Source: an uncultured Bacteroidota bacterium (GTDB taxonomy: Bacteria > Bacteroidota > Bacteroidia > UKL13-3). Taken from it: a stretch of 64,000 nucleotides of DNA. The notes beneath the pieces are model-generated. The model made no database searches and was not told where the DNA came from. It saw only the letters and a program-made list of their open reading frames with translations. The stretch covers positions 3,405 to 67,404 of the forward strand of contig CAISCU010000008.1 in the NCBI GenBank assembly GCA_903883965.1, written 5' to 3'. The translations under genes were made by a program, and so were the position numbers. Of the stretch, positions 29,083 through 39,145 are shown piece by piece; positions within the stretch are counted from its first letter, which is position 1, and every line of letters starts with the position of its first letter.

Positions 29083-30453
29083 ATGGAGCAACGCATGCTA
29101 ACTTTACACGTTAAACAATTACTCCCAATGAGCTTGGTCTTGGGAATATTGCTCTTTTGTGCAAAGATGGAAATACATGCACAAACTAAAACCATTTTAG
29201 ACTCCAAACAAATTGGGCTGTATTGCCACGATTACATTGATTTAAACGAGCATGGATTTTTGCTCAAATACAATAAATATGTAGACGATTCTAGAGGAAC
29301 AGGAAAAGGTGCTGGCATACAAGAAACATTCTTTTACTACAGCAAAGATTTGTTAAAAAATGCCACCTTTAGAATGAATTGTTCTGGTGAGATTTCGGTA
29401 TTTGCCAACGACGACTACCTCTTGATAATTGACCGAATAGAAGAAACATACCACATGAAATTGGTAGATTACACTGGCAAAGAAATTAAAAGTTTCATTG
29501 TGAGTATTGCCGATATTGGCCTGAGTCAAGACTTAATTGCCCGAACAACACTCACTGCTTTTAACAGACTACTGCTTGAAGTTTATGATAGCCGCGAGGA
29601 ATTGCACCTATTTGAATACGACCTTTTTAACACCACAAAAAAAGGATTTTATGAAATTGACAATGCCTTTCCAACATCCAATCCATTTGAAAAAATGAAA
29701 ATTGGACCTTGGAATTATTTAACAGCAAACAAGCAATTTCACATGCTTATCAGGAGAGGCTCCAATTCAGAATACGAACCTACTTCATTGGCATACCACT
29801 TGTTATTTTACAATGACAATTTTCTACTCAACAAAGAACTTCTCATAGACAATATATTGTACCCAGGTGAATCTTTGTTTGGAAAAGAAGCAACAGTAAC
29901 GCTCAATAAAAAAACGCAAACCATTGTTATTGGCGCCAACATTATTAAAGACAACAAACCATTTGTTTTGGTATGCAATTATGGATTTCAAAACCAATCC
30001 AATGTATTAACTTTATTTTGGCGCAAATTGATTCCTGTTATACACAACAACAAATTTAAACTAATTGATTTTGATGGCTATTCGAGTCCTTTGCCTCCAG
30101 ATGTTAGGAATCAGGGAAACCGAATAGAAATTAGCTTGTACAAAGCCAGAACATCCATACAAGAAGAAGGTTTAAACCAACTGATTACTTTGAACGAACA
30201 AGGTGAGTTACTTTTTAACCAAATTCAAATGGGTACATACGACCAACTCAATTTAGATGGTTATTGTGTAGACAACGACAATTTATACAAACGAATCAAA
30301 ACCTTACAAATGAACCAAACTTTAAAAAAATATTGTGAGCAAACTGGTTCGGAAGCGCTTGATATGAACTATACAGATACTGGTGATGAATTGCTTGTAA
30401 TTAGAGAAAATAAAATCAAACAAGTATTGATGTATTATTTCAGAGCCAAGTAA
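29083..30453 (+). CDS. hypothetical secreted protein (456 aa)
   Basis: Signal-peptide-like 'MSLVLGILLFCAKMEIHAQ'. Starts 1 nt after the accC stop. Confidence 0.45.
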   Translation: MEQRMLTLHVKQLLPMSLVLGILLFCAKMEIHAQTKTILDSKQIGLYCHDYIDLNEHGFLLKYNKYVDDSRGTGKGAGIQETFFYYSKDLLKNATFRMNCSGEISVFANDDYLLIIDRIEETYHMKLVDYTGKEIKSFIVSIADIGLSQDLIARTTLTAFNRLLLEVYDSREELHLFEYDLFNTTKKGFYEIDNAFPTSNPFEKMKIGPWNYLTANKQFHMLIRRGSNSEYEPTSLAYHLLFYNDNFLLNKELLIDNILYPGESLFGKEATVTLNKKTQTIVIGANIIKDNKPFVLVCNYGFQNQSNVLTLFWRKLIPVIHNNKFKLIDFDGYSSPLPPDVRNQGNRIEISLYKARTSIQEEGLNQLITLNEQGELLFNQIQMGTYDQLNLDGYCVDNDNLYKRIKTLQMNQTLKKYCEQTGSEALDMNYTDTGDELLVIRENKIKQVLMYYFRAK

Positions 30454-30513
30454 TTGACTTTTCTAAGCTTAGCTCATTCAAATGCAGCTATTTCTTGAAT
30501 AATTTGGTTAACA

Positions 30514-31710
30514 TTGTATATGATTCGTGCCGAACAAATTAGCGCAATTGCGCAATCATTAGAAGCAGAAGTAATTGCCATCAGAAGGCATATTCATCAA
30601 AATCCTGAACTTTCATTCCAGGAATACCAAACAGCTGCATATGTTGCTGAGCAGCTTCAATCGTTTGGCATAAAAACGGTTCAAACAATTGCTGAAACAG
30701 GTATTGTGGCCATTATTGAAGGCAAAAACCCGAACTCAAAAACAATTGCGTTAAGAGCCGATTTAGACGCATTACCCATTCAGGAATTAACAGGTGTTGC
30801 CTACCAATCACAACATGCCGGTAAAATGCATGCCTGTGGTCATGATGTACATACTGCTTGTTTATTGGGTGCAGCAAAAATATTAAACGAAACCCGATTA
30901 GAATGGGAAGGAACAGTTAAACTGATTTTTCAGCCAGGTGAAGAAAAATTACCTGGTGGAGCTAGTATTCTTATTCAAGAAAAGGTATTGGAATTACCCC
31001 AAGTTGATGCCATTATAGGACAACATGTAATGCCATTTTTACCAGTTGGAACAGTTGGTTTCAGATCAGGTTTATACATGGCCAGTTCAGATGAATTGTA
31101 TATTGAAATTATTGGCAAAGGTGGGCATGGTGCAATGCCTCATTTGTGTTTAGACCCAGTTCCAGTTGCAGCCCAAATTATTACAGCATTACAACAAGTT
31201 GTTTCAAGAAAAAATAATCCATTGGTTCCAAGTGTACTTACTATTGGAAAAGTCATTGCAAATGGCGCAACCAATGTCATTCCAGATAGTGTAAAACTAG
31301 AAGGTACTTTCCGCACATTTGATGAAACCTGGAGAGCAAAGGCCCATCAAGAAATTGAACAAACCTGTCAACAAATTGCAAATGCATTTGGCCAAGAAGC
31401 CATCGTGAATATTGTAAAAGGATATCCATTTTTAAACAACAATCCAGAACTCACACAAAGAGCAAAAAATGCGGCTATTGCTTACTTGGGAGCTGAACAT
31501 GTTGTAGATTTAGATGCCTGGATGGCTTCAGAAGATTTTGCCTATTATAGCCAACTCATACCTGCTACCTTTTACAGATTGGGCACAGCAAACCAAGAAA
31601 AAGGAATTGTTCATGGCGTTCATAACCCGCAATTTAATGTAGATGAAGCTGCGTTGAAAATTGGATCCGGATTGATGGCTTGGCTTGCCATTCAAGAATT
31701 AGAAGCTTAA
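30514..31710 (+). CDS. M20D family amidohydrolase (N-acyl-L-amino acid amidohydrolase-like)
   Basis: Metal-binding 'MHACGHDVH' and 'GGHGAMPH'. Confidence 0.85.
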   Translation: MYMIRAEQISAIAQSLEAEVIAIRRHIHQNPELSFQEYQTAAYVAEQLQSFGIKTVQTIAETGIVAIIEGKNPNSKTIALRADLDALPIQELTGVAYQSQHAGKMHACGHDVHTACLLGAAKILNETRLEWEGTVKLIFQPGEEKLPGGASILIQEKVLELPQVDAIIGQHVMPFLPVGTVGFRSGLYMASSDELYIEIIGKGGHGAMPHLCLDPVPVAAQIITALQQVVSRKNNPLVPSVLTIGKVIANGATNVIPDSVKLEGTFRTFDETWRAKAHQEIEQTCQQIANAFGQEAIVNIVKGYPFLNNNPELTQRAKNAAIAYLGAEHVVDLDAWMASEDFAYYSQLIPATFYRLGTANQEKGIVHGVHNPQFNVDEAALKIGSGLMAWLAIQELEA

Positions 31711-34334
31711 AAAGTAAGGGGCAAAGTTAAGTTGAGTCTAAAACCCCAATCTTGGTAATTTGTATTGAAAAAGTTTGCATACACATAACAATCCAATACA
31801 TTTAAAATATTGACTACACCATAGCCAATTTCGGTGTATTTATGAAACTCTGGTGTTCCTAAAAAATTAATTTTGACAGATTCTTTGAAAGCTGTCTGAT
31901 TGAGATATGGCAATCGTAACAATGCCAACCGTTTCAATTGCATGTCAATTTTACCCATTACAAATTGTTTATTGGTAGAATACATGTAAAAAGGCAAGTT
32001 AAAAAACCTGTTTCGACTTTCATCGTTCATGAACCAAGCAGTATTGCCATCAAATGAAAAATAATCAGGAAAATTGAGGGTTCTTGCTTGCAAAAACTTA
32101 CCCATTTCTATAGCATATTTTAATTCAAACCAATGCCATAAATGTATTTGCTGACTCCATTTAAAATTGATTTTAGTATAGTTTAAATCAGAACCCCAAA
32201 TTCCGGGCAAAGACTTGGTTAATTCTAAAGAAATAGCGGGGTATTTTGATGGTACAATTTTGTATTTCCCTTTCCGTATTAATATTGTTTGGCCAAATTT
32301 CCAGTCAAATCCCAATTTAAGGTTACACAATTGATAGGTACTGAAATCGAGTGAACGCAAATAAGGGCCATCTCCTGTTTCGTTATTTGGCGTAATACCC
32401 ATTTTCTTAGTTTCAAGTTGCTCGTATCTGAAACAATTCTCTAAACTGTTTCGGTTGGCCATTTTAAATTCTCCGTGTATCACAAAAGAAGGCCTCAGCG
32501 GCTTGCTCATATTTATTTTAAAATAATCTTCTTGAAACAATCTGGTATTGTTGCTATGGTAAAACAACAATTGAAAAGCATTTGACAATGCATTTGCGCC
32601 ATTCGGATTAAAATCTTTCAATATTGAACCAAGCTCTACACCAACTTGCTGTTGTGGTAGGGTTTTGTCTAGGTAATCTATAGAAAAACTGGCATTCAAA
32701 GCTTTTCGTTCAAAAGGAATTGAACCCATTATACCAAAGGCCCAATTTTTATTTTGAACGGGGGCTGTTTGAAATTTACTAAAAAGCTTCAATCCCCAAC
32801 CATCAACTGTATTCAAAAACAAACCTCTAAAAGGTGAATGCCAATAACCACTTAAACGATTTGAGTCTTTTGGTATATAGGTTCCATTTAACAACAAACC
32901 CATTCGAATACCACTTTCTTTGAGTGGGTACCTCACACTCGTATCTTTTTTTAATACAATACTATCAACCAATGCATAAGCAATTGTTTCATGTTCATTT
33001 AAAGCAACTGTTCTGTTCTTTTCCCAATACAAACTGTCTTTGTAAAGCGCCGTTGAATCAATGCTCAACTGGCTGCTATCAATAACAATTGCAGTTTTTT
33101 GACTGCGCTCAGATTCTCTTTTAATTTGAGCCAACACCCGCAACATTTCAAATTTGGAAGGATTAGATTTTTTAGCCAACTCTTGAACCATTTTCTCTTG
33201 TTTGCTTTGGGCTTTAGGTTGAACTTGACTCAAGGGTATTTCAGCTTGCCAATCATGTTTTAAATTGGGATTCAGTTTAATTTGATAGGCCGAAAGTGCT
33301 GCTAAATAATGAAACTTCGCTTTAAATCCTAGCATGGCACCATTGAATTCAAAATCGTAAGAAACGGGCATCCAAACAAATGGGTAAGTGGTTATTGGTG
33401 CAAATTTGGCTTTAGAACCCACTTCAAATAAATTTCCCTTATTGGTTAAATTCAGTGAATGGATACACCACAATTGGTCTATGATATATATTGAACCTTC
33501 GTAAACATCTGAACCCGCCCTTTTGGGAGAAACTTTTATTTTGTTGACTTCAACGCCAGCATCTTTAAAACTTCCTTCAAAGGTAAAATCATACACAGAA
33601 AACGCTTGTGGTGAAAGAGGAGAAACCAACTCTTGGTTAGAGGTATTGTAGAAACTTCCCCTTACCATTTGCATTGGTTCTGGCGCCGATTCTAATTTCA
33701 TATTTGATTTCAAAGACAAGACACGCTCTCGGTATGTATTGGGTTGAAAAAACTGCAACTCATTCACACTTTCAGTAAGCATGGGTTTGCCTTCTTGAAT
33801 TTGTGAATTGAGCATTATTTTTTTGAAGAGGCCTGGAATCTTCTCAAAAGTGCCATTTCCTTTTAAATAAACTTTGGCTTTGTAAGCAAGCACCTGCCTT
33901 CTGTAATAAGGAGCCATAGCAATGGCCTTTCTCATAATGTATACAGCTGGATTCTTTTGATTGGCCCGAACTGTCATCTCACTCAATTGATATGTCTGAG
34001 GCAATAAAACCACATTCACTTGTTTAATTTGATTGTCATTGATTTCAACATTAATTTTTACTGTTTGAAAATCTATGGCATGTATGATCAACTGATTAGA
34101 ACCCGTATTCAATTTCAATTCAAAATACCCTTCTTGATTGGTATAGGTATTGAGGTTTGAATCTTTTAAACTGACTGTTATATAAGACAATGGATTTCCT
34201 TTTTGGTCAGTTACCAAACCACGAACTGATTGTCCACAAATATGTGTGGGAATGAAATAAACCATCAATACAAACAGCAATTTACTGAATGTATTGTTCT
34301 TTAATAATAGGAGTTTAGGCTTAATCACAGCCAA
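31707..34334 (-). CDS. DUF5686 / carboxypeptidase-regulatory-like domain outer-membrane protein
   Basis: N-terminal CarbopepD_reg-like 'VRGLVTDQKGNPLSYITVSL'; 875 aa beta-rich protein. Confidence 0.6.
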   Translation of the reverse strand: MAVIKPKLLLLKNNTFSKLLFVLMVYFIPTHICGQSVRGLVTDQKGNPLSYITVSLKDSNLNTYTNQEGYFELKLNTGSNQLIIHAIDFQTVKINVEINDNQIKQVNVVLLPQTYQLSEMTVRANQKNPAVYIMRKAIAMAPYYRRQVLAYKAKVYLKGNGTFEKIPGLFKKIMLNSQIQEGKPMLTESVNELQFFQPNTYRERVLSLKSNMKLESAPEPMQMVRGSFYNTSNQELVSPLSPQAFSVYDFTFEGSFKDAGVEVNKIKVSPKRAGSDVYEGSIYIIDQLWCIHSLNLTNKGNLFEVGSKAKFAPITTYPFVWMPVSYDFEFNGAMLGFKAKFHYLAALSAYQIKLNPNLKHDWQAEIPLSQVQPKAQSKQEKMVQELAKKSNPSKFEMLRVLAQIKRESERSQKTAIVIDSSQLSIDSTALYKDSLYWEKNRTVALNEHETIAYALVDSIVLKKDTSVRYPLKESGIRMGLLLNGTYIPKDSNRLSGYWHSPFRGLFLNTVDGWGLKLFSKFQTAPVQNKNWAFGIMGSIPFERKALNASFSIDYLDKTLPQQQVGVELGSILKDFNPNGANALSNAFQLLFYHSNNTRLFQEDYFKINMSKPLRPSFVIHGEFKMANRNSLENCFRYEQLETKKMGITPNNETGDGPYLRSLDFSTYQLCNLKLGFDWKFGQTILIRKGKYKIVPSKYPAISLELTKSLPGIWGSDLNYTKINFKWSQQIHLWHWFELKYAIEMGKFLQARTLNFPDYFSFDGNTAWFMNDESRNRFFNLPFYMYSTNKQFVMGKIDMQLKRLALLRLPYLNQTAFKESVKINFLGTPEFHKYTEIGYGVVNILNVLDCYVYANFFNTNYQDWGFRLNLTLPLTF

Positions 34335-34344
34335 ACATAATCAA

Positions 34345-35007
34345 TTATTGAAAAATATAAACCAACTTTTTGGTTTCAAAAAAGGCTTCGGTAAAATAAT
34401 CAGTTAATGGAAACTCTTGAATATGCAGTTTTTTATTGATGGCTTTTAAGTCTTTGAATTCTTGTTGTAAATCGCCCCCTTTTAAAAATATAAATCCGTT
34501 GATTTTACTGTTAAAATCTTCGTTAATATCAATGTATTTATTAGACCATCTATACAATTGTTCACAGGGAGCTACAGCCCTTGCTGTCACAAAATGAAAA
34601 GGCTCATTGAGTTGTTCTACCCTACCAATTACAAAATCAGTGTTTTCTAATTCAAGTGCTTCTGAAACAGCTTCAGCTACTTTTATTTTCTTGGCAATAG
34701 AATCAATGAGTGTAAATTCAGTTTCAGGAAATAAAATAGCTAAAGGAATACCTGGAAATCCGCCCCCTGTTCCAATGTCTAACACTTTTGTACCCGGTTT
34801 AAAACCAATAAATTTAGCAATGGCTAAACTATGTAAAACATGTTTTTCGTATAAAGAATCAAAGTCTTTTCTAGAAATGACATTTATTTTATCGTTCCAT
34901 TCCTTGTAAACTGACTCGAGTAAAGTCAATTGATTTTTTTGAAGTTCGGTCAGCTCGGGGAAATAGCTAAATATTCTTTCTAGTTGTTGTTTGGGTTCCA
35001 TTACCAC
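34345..35007 (-). CDS. rsmG: 16S rRNA (guanine527-N7)-methyltransferase RsmG
   Basis: SAM motif 'VLDIGTGGGFPGIPLAI'. Confidence 0.85.
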   Translation of the reverse strand: MVMEPKQQLERIFSYFPELTELQKNQLTLLESVYKEWNDKINVISRKDFDSLYEKHVLHSLAIAKFIGFKPGTKVLDIGTGGGFPGIPLAILFPETEFTLIDSIAKKIKVAEAVSEALELENTDFVIGRVEQLNEPFHFVTARAVAPCEQLYRWSNKYIDINEDFNSKINGFIFLKGGDLQQEFKDLKAINKKLHIQEFPLTDYFTEAFFETKKLVYIFQ

Positions 35008-36128
35008 ACTTTTCTTTTTTTAGTGAAAATATCTTTGATACCAAATGCATACATATATAAAAGGTAGAGAACATCTAGAATCGGGAGTAGCCACAATAAT
35101 TTAGTTTGAGCCAGTTTTTTAAATACAAAATAAAAAACCAACCATTGAACAAGGGTTTTAAACAAATAAATTCCCAATACAAATTGCCATTGAATATGAA
35201 GTACAATACCGGTAATTAAAAATGCATAGAAAAAGAACAAACCCGCATAGTAAACACCTAATAACAATTTATCAGATAGTTTGTAATACTTACCAGTATT
35301 GATATGTCTAGATTTCTGGTCTGACCAAGCTTTGTAATTCAGTTTGGGTTCTGTGTACATAAAACTATCTGGATGCAATTGAATTTGCACATTTGATGGG
35401 CTAGCAACCTGATTGATGAACAAATCGTCATCTCCGCTCATCAGGTGTTGGTATTTGGCAAAACCTTTATTGCCAAAAAACAAGGAAGAAGTATACGCTA
35501 AATTTCTACCTACACCCATAAAAGGTTTCTTAGCCAAGGCAGCTGAAAAATAAAATACAGCTGTCATTGCTGCTTCAAATCTGATGAATAGATTTAACAA
35601 GCCTGGATAACTCTTATATGGAGAAAAGCCAAGTACAATTTGTTTGTTAGTCGAAAAACCAGCAGACATGCTGCTCAACCAATTTTTACTGGCTGGCATA
35701 CAATCGGCATCAGTAAATAACAATTGTTGGTATTTGGCAGCTTTGATTCCCAATGTCAAAGCAAATTTTTTACCTGTAGGATATTTTTCTTGTTCTACAA
35801 TTTTGCAAACTTTTAAATGGGCATATACCTCTTGGTAATATTCTAACAGTTTTTGCGATTCGTCCCAACTGCAATCATTGACCACGATGACTTCAAACTG
35901 AGGATAATATTGTTCTAATATTGCTTTTAAATTCTTTTCAAGGTTAACATATTCGTTTCTTGCTGCAATCACAATTGAAACAGGCTCTTTTCCCTTTTCG
36001 GGCAAATGAGATTTGTAATTTGCCAATTTCAAAAACAACATGAAATAATAGCCCAGCAATACACATGCAAAGACCCCTGCTCCCGATAAAACTAACCAAT
36101 GTAATCCGCTTATTTCTTCTTGCATCAT
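35001..36128 (-). CDS. glycosyltransferase family 2, membrane-bound
   Basis: 'VSIVIAARNE...EVIVVNDCSWDES' GT2 motifs plus C-terminal TMs. Confidence 0.75.
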   Translation of the reverse strand: MMQEEISGLHWLVLSGAGVFACVLLGYYFMLFLKLANYKSHLPEKGKEPVSIVIAARNEYVNLEKNLKAILEQYYPQFEVIVVNDCSWDESQKLLEYYQEVYAHLKVCKIVEQEKYPTGKKFALTLGIKAAKYQQLLFTDADCMPASKNWLSSMSAGFSTNKQIVLGFSPYKSYPGLLNLFIRFEAAMTAVFYFSAALAKKPFMGVGRNLAYTSSLFFGNKGFAKYQHLMSGDDDLFINQVASPSNVQIQLHPDSFMYTEPKLNYKAWSDQKSRHINTGKYYKLSDKLLLGVYYAGLFFFYAFLITGIVLHIQWQFVLGIYLFKTLVQWLVFYFVFKKLAQTKLLWLLPILDVLYLLYMYAFGIKDIFTKKRKVW

Positions 36129-36211
36129 CTTGGCAAATTTAAGGCTGACAACTTGCCAAACTCAATGCCAATATCAACAGCTTGTGAATTATTCCTACTT
36201 TTTAGACAATT

Positions 36212-36826
36212 TTACTCAAAACCAAGTTGTTTGATAATTTGTTCTATTTGCCAATCTTCTATTGGATCAAATTCTTCTTTGAGGTTGGCATTGAATAATT
36301 TAGCCATACCTTGCCAGTACCAAGCAGTTAAATTACCTCTGTAATTTTGTAGCAGTTCGTAACCCGTTTTTCCAGTTTCTCTGTACAATAATTTAATCAG
36401 TATTCTTCCTTGAGTTTGAGTGAGGTTATACAAATCGTCCATAAACTGATCTTTAATAGACTGTTCTGTACGTTTTAAATATTCCTTTTTAAATTTTTCT
36501 GATGCCAATAACTGTAAATTCTGTTCCATTAACTGAAACCTAAAACTGGCCATTTTAGCGTAAGGCAATACTTTTTTTACATTGTAAACCAAACGTTGGT
36601 ATTTTTTTTCGTATTCTGGATCTTTTTGCGCTTTCACAATAAAGTCAGGCAAGACTATACCTTGTAACTTGAGGCTGTCCTGCGCTTGAATAGATTTGGA
36701 ATTGAAACACAAAAAGCCTAGTAAAATTGCTATATAAAAGTTGCGCATTATTGTGTACTTACAAAATGTATGCCTTGTTTGTTTTAGATTTATTCTTGAC
36801 CCACCACAAACCGATGATACCCGCAA
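36212..36826 (-). CDS. DUF4294-like secreted protein
   Basis: Signal peptide at the internal Met 'MRNFYIAILLGFLCFNS' (start ~36748). Confidence 0.45.
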   Translation of the reverse strand: MRVSSVCGGSRINLKQTRHTFCKYTIMRNFYIAILLGFLCFNSKSIQAQDSLKLQGIVLPDFIVKAQKDPEYEKKYQRLVYNVKKVLPYAKMASFRFQLMEQNLQLLASEKFKKEYLKRTEQSIKDQFMDDLYNLTQTQGRILIKLLYRETGKTGYELLQNYRGNLTAWYWQGMAKLFNANLKEEFDPIEDWQIEQIIKQLGFE

Positions 36827-37925
36827 TTATCAATGAAAAAGAAATGATTTCTGCTTGAGTAACTGGGTGCCCCAATAAATGATATGCATTGTTAACCCTA
36901 ATTTTTTCAATTAAAAACCGTTCCAATCCATTGCAAATTAAATATGTAAAAAACAACTGACCGGCTAGTTTAAACTGCTTGCGTACCATCCATAAAATTA
37001 AGGCTACAATTATACTAATGAGGGCTTCATACAATGGAGTTGGGAAAACTGGATTGGGCAACATGTAACAATGGTTTCCTATACAATTTGGAATATTTAC
37101 GCCTTCATTGATCACGTTGTGCGGGTATTGGTATGCCCAAAACCAATCTGGCAGAAAACCCAAAGCTTCCGGTTTAGCAGCTAAATTTACAATTCCCCAA
37201 TCGCCATCTCCACTCAAATGACAACCTACCCTACCTATACCATAAGCCATCATCAAACCCACAGCTGCCGCATCGACCATATGGTACCAAGCAATTCCAT
37301 TTTTAGTTGTATAACGTAAAATTAAAACAGCAGCCACTATTAAGCCTCCATAAAAAGTAAGTCCGCTAAATGAAAACAAAGAATCAATTGGATTGGCCAT
37401 TAATTCGTCTATATTCTCTAGGTTGTGAAACAATTTGGCTCCAAATATTCCACCAATTGCAGCCAAACCTAAAATATTGCCCATATGTTCATGAGCCTGT
37501 ATGGTTTGATTAATTTGTGTGGCAGTTTTTCCTTTTAATTTTTGGGCTTCACGGTGTTTTTCAAAATAGCCTATTGCCAGCCCTATGATTGCGCCAAACC
37601 AATTGCCTTTGCTAGATAATATAAATACTTGGGGGTTTTCAACCAATGCATTGTAATCTAATATCATTTCTAACAATTTAAAACCTATTAAAGCATAAAT
37701 GCCCATGTTTAATAGATAATCAGTCAATTCTATAGGTTTATTAATGGTTACCAATTTGTGTTGCACCAACAACTTACCAGCCTGTTCTTTTCTAAGTAAT
37801 TCTTGGTTGGTGAACCAATATGCTGCTGCAAAAGACATCGCCATAAAAAATCCAAAAGTTTGAATAGGCAATGGGAAATTGAGCCCAAATAAATCAAGTA
37901 ATAAATCGGATATGGTAGGATACAT
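36759..37925 (-). CDS. lgt: prolipoprotein diacylglyceryl transferase
   Basis: Signature-like 'GIGRVGCHLSGDGDWG'; polytopic membrane protein. Confidence 0.6.
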   Translation of the reverse strand: MYPTISDLLLDLFGLNFPLPIQTFGFFMAMSFAAAYWFTNQELLRKEQAGKLLVQHKLVTINKPIELTDYLLNMGIYALIGFKLLEMILDYNALVENPQVFILSSKGNWFGAIIGLAIGYFEKHREAQKLKGKTATQINQTIQAHEHMGNILGLAAIGGIFGAKLFHNLENIDELMANPIDSLFSFSGLTFYGGLIVAAVLILRYTTKNGIAWYHMVDAAAVGLMMAYGIGRVGCHLSGDGDWGIVNLAAKPEALGFLPDWFWAYQYPHNVINEGVNIPNCIGNHCYMLPNPVFPTPLYEALISIIVALILWMVRKQFKLAGQLFFTYLICNGLERFLIEKIRVNNAYHLLGHPVTQAEIISFSLIIAGIIGLWWVKNKSKTNKAYIL

Positions 37926-38009
37926 ACAAAAAATTTTAACGAATTTCGTTTATTCGAATTAAAATATCATCCCAAAAATTATTTTAACACTTATTTATTT
38001 GTAAAGTAT

Positions 38010-39044
38010 ATGCATACAATTGACCTGCGTTCTGACACTGTGAGTAAGCCAAGCCCTGATATGCTTGCTTATATGCAATCTATAGATCAATCTTTGATAG
38101 GTGACGATGTTTTTGGAGAAGACCAACTGGTTAATGAATTACAGACTACAGCTGCAAAACTTTTTGGAATGGAAGCTGCATTGTTTTGCCCTAGTGGAAC
38201 AATGACCAATCAGATTGCCATACACTTGCATACAGGGCCTGGAACAGAGGTAATTTGCCACGAACAGTCACATGTATTTTTATATGAAGGTGGAGGAATT
38301 GCCGCCAATAGTGGCGCTTCTTGTTTATTACAATATGGCAATAATGGTGTTTTTAGTGCAGCAGCCGTTGAAGCAGCAATTAGAAAAGATGATGTTCATT
38401 TTCCAAGAACTAAACTGGTTTGTATAGAAAATACTGTAAATAGAGGTGGTGGGGCTTGTTGGGACTTCAATGAAATTGAAAAAATAGCAAAGGTTTGCCA
38501 AAACAATCAATTGGCGTTTCACTTAGATGGCGCAAGAATTTTTAACGCCCTCATTGCTAAAAATGAAAATGCCCTGCAATATGGCAACCAATTTGATTCA
38601 ATTTCAATATGCTTGTCTAAAGGTTTGGGCGCTCCAATTGGTTCATTGCTTCTGGGTAATCAAGCATTCATATACAATGCAAAACGAATCAGAAAAAGAT
38701 GGGGAGGCGGAATGAGGCAAGCTGGTTATATGGCTGCTGCTGGTTTATTTGCTTTAAATAACAATATCAAAAGGCTCGAAATTGACCATCTCAGAGCCAA
38801 ACAAATTGAAAAACAGCTCACTCATATTGGTGGATTAAAAGAAATTTTACCTGTAGAAACCAATATTGTCATTTTTGAAATGCTAAATTTAGGTCTGGTT
38901 CAAAAACTGATTAACCACTTACAATTGCATCAAATAAAAGCCAATCATATTGGTAACAACAGAATTAGATTTGTATTGCACTTGAATCAGTCAAATGAAG
39001 ACATAGCAAGGGTTTGCGAGGTACTTTCACATTTTTCTATTTAA
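38010..39044 (+). CDS. ltaE: low-specificity L-threonine aldolase
   Basis: Beta-eliminating lyase family; PLP lysine region 'ISICLSKGLGAPIGS'. Confidence 0.85.
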   Translation: MHTIDLRSDTVSKPSPDMLAYMQSIDQSLIGDDVFGEDQLVNELQTTAAKLFGMEAALFCPSGTMTNQIAIHLHTGPGTEVICHEQSHVFLYEGGGIAANSGASCLLQYGNNGVFSAAAVEAAIRKDDVHFPRTKLVCIENTVNRGGGACWDFNEIEKIAKVCQNNQLAFHLDGARIFNALIAKNENALQYGNQFDSISICLSKGLGAPIGSLLLGNQAFIYNAKRIRKRWGGGMRQAGYMAAAGLFALNNNIKRLEIDHLRAKQIEKQLTHIGGLKEILPVETNIVIFEMLNLGLVQKLINHLQLHQIKANHIGNNRIRFVLHLNQSNEDIARVCEVLSHFSI

Positions 39045-39145
39045 GTACCCAAAATATACTGTCCAATAAATACTCCGATTTACATCTCAATGTGTATGTT
39101 ATCAGCGCCATAGAAGCAGTTCAGGCCTCTGAAATAGACTAAATT

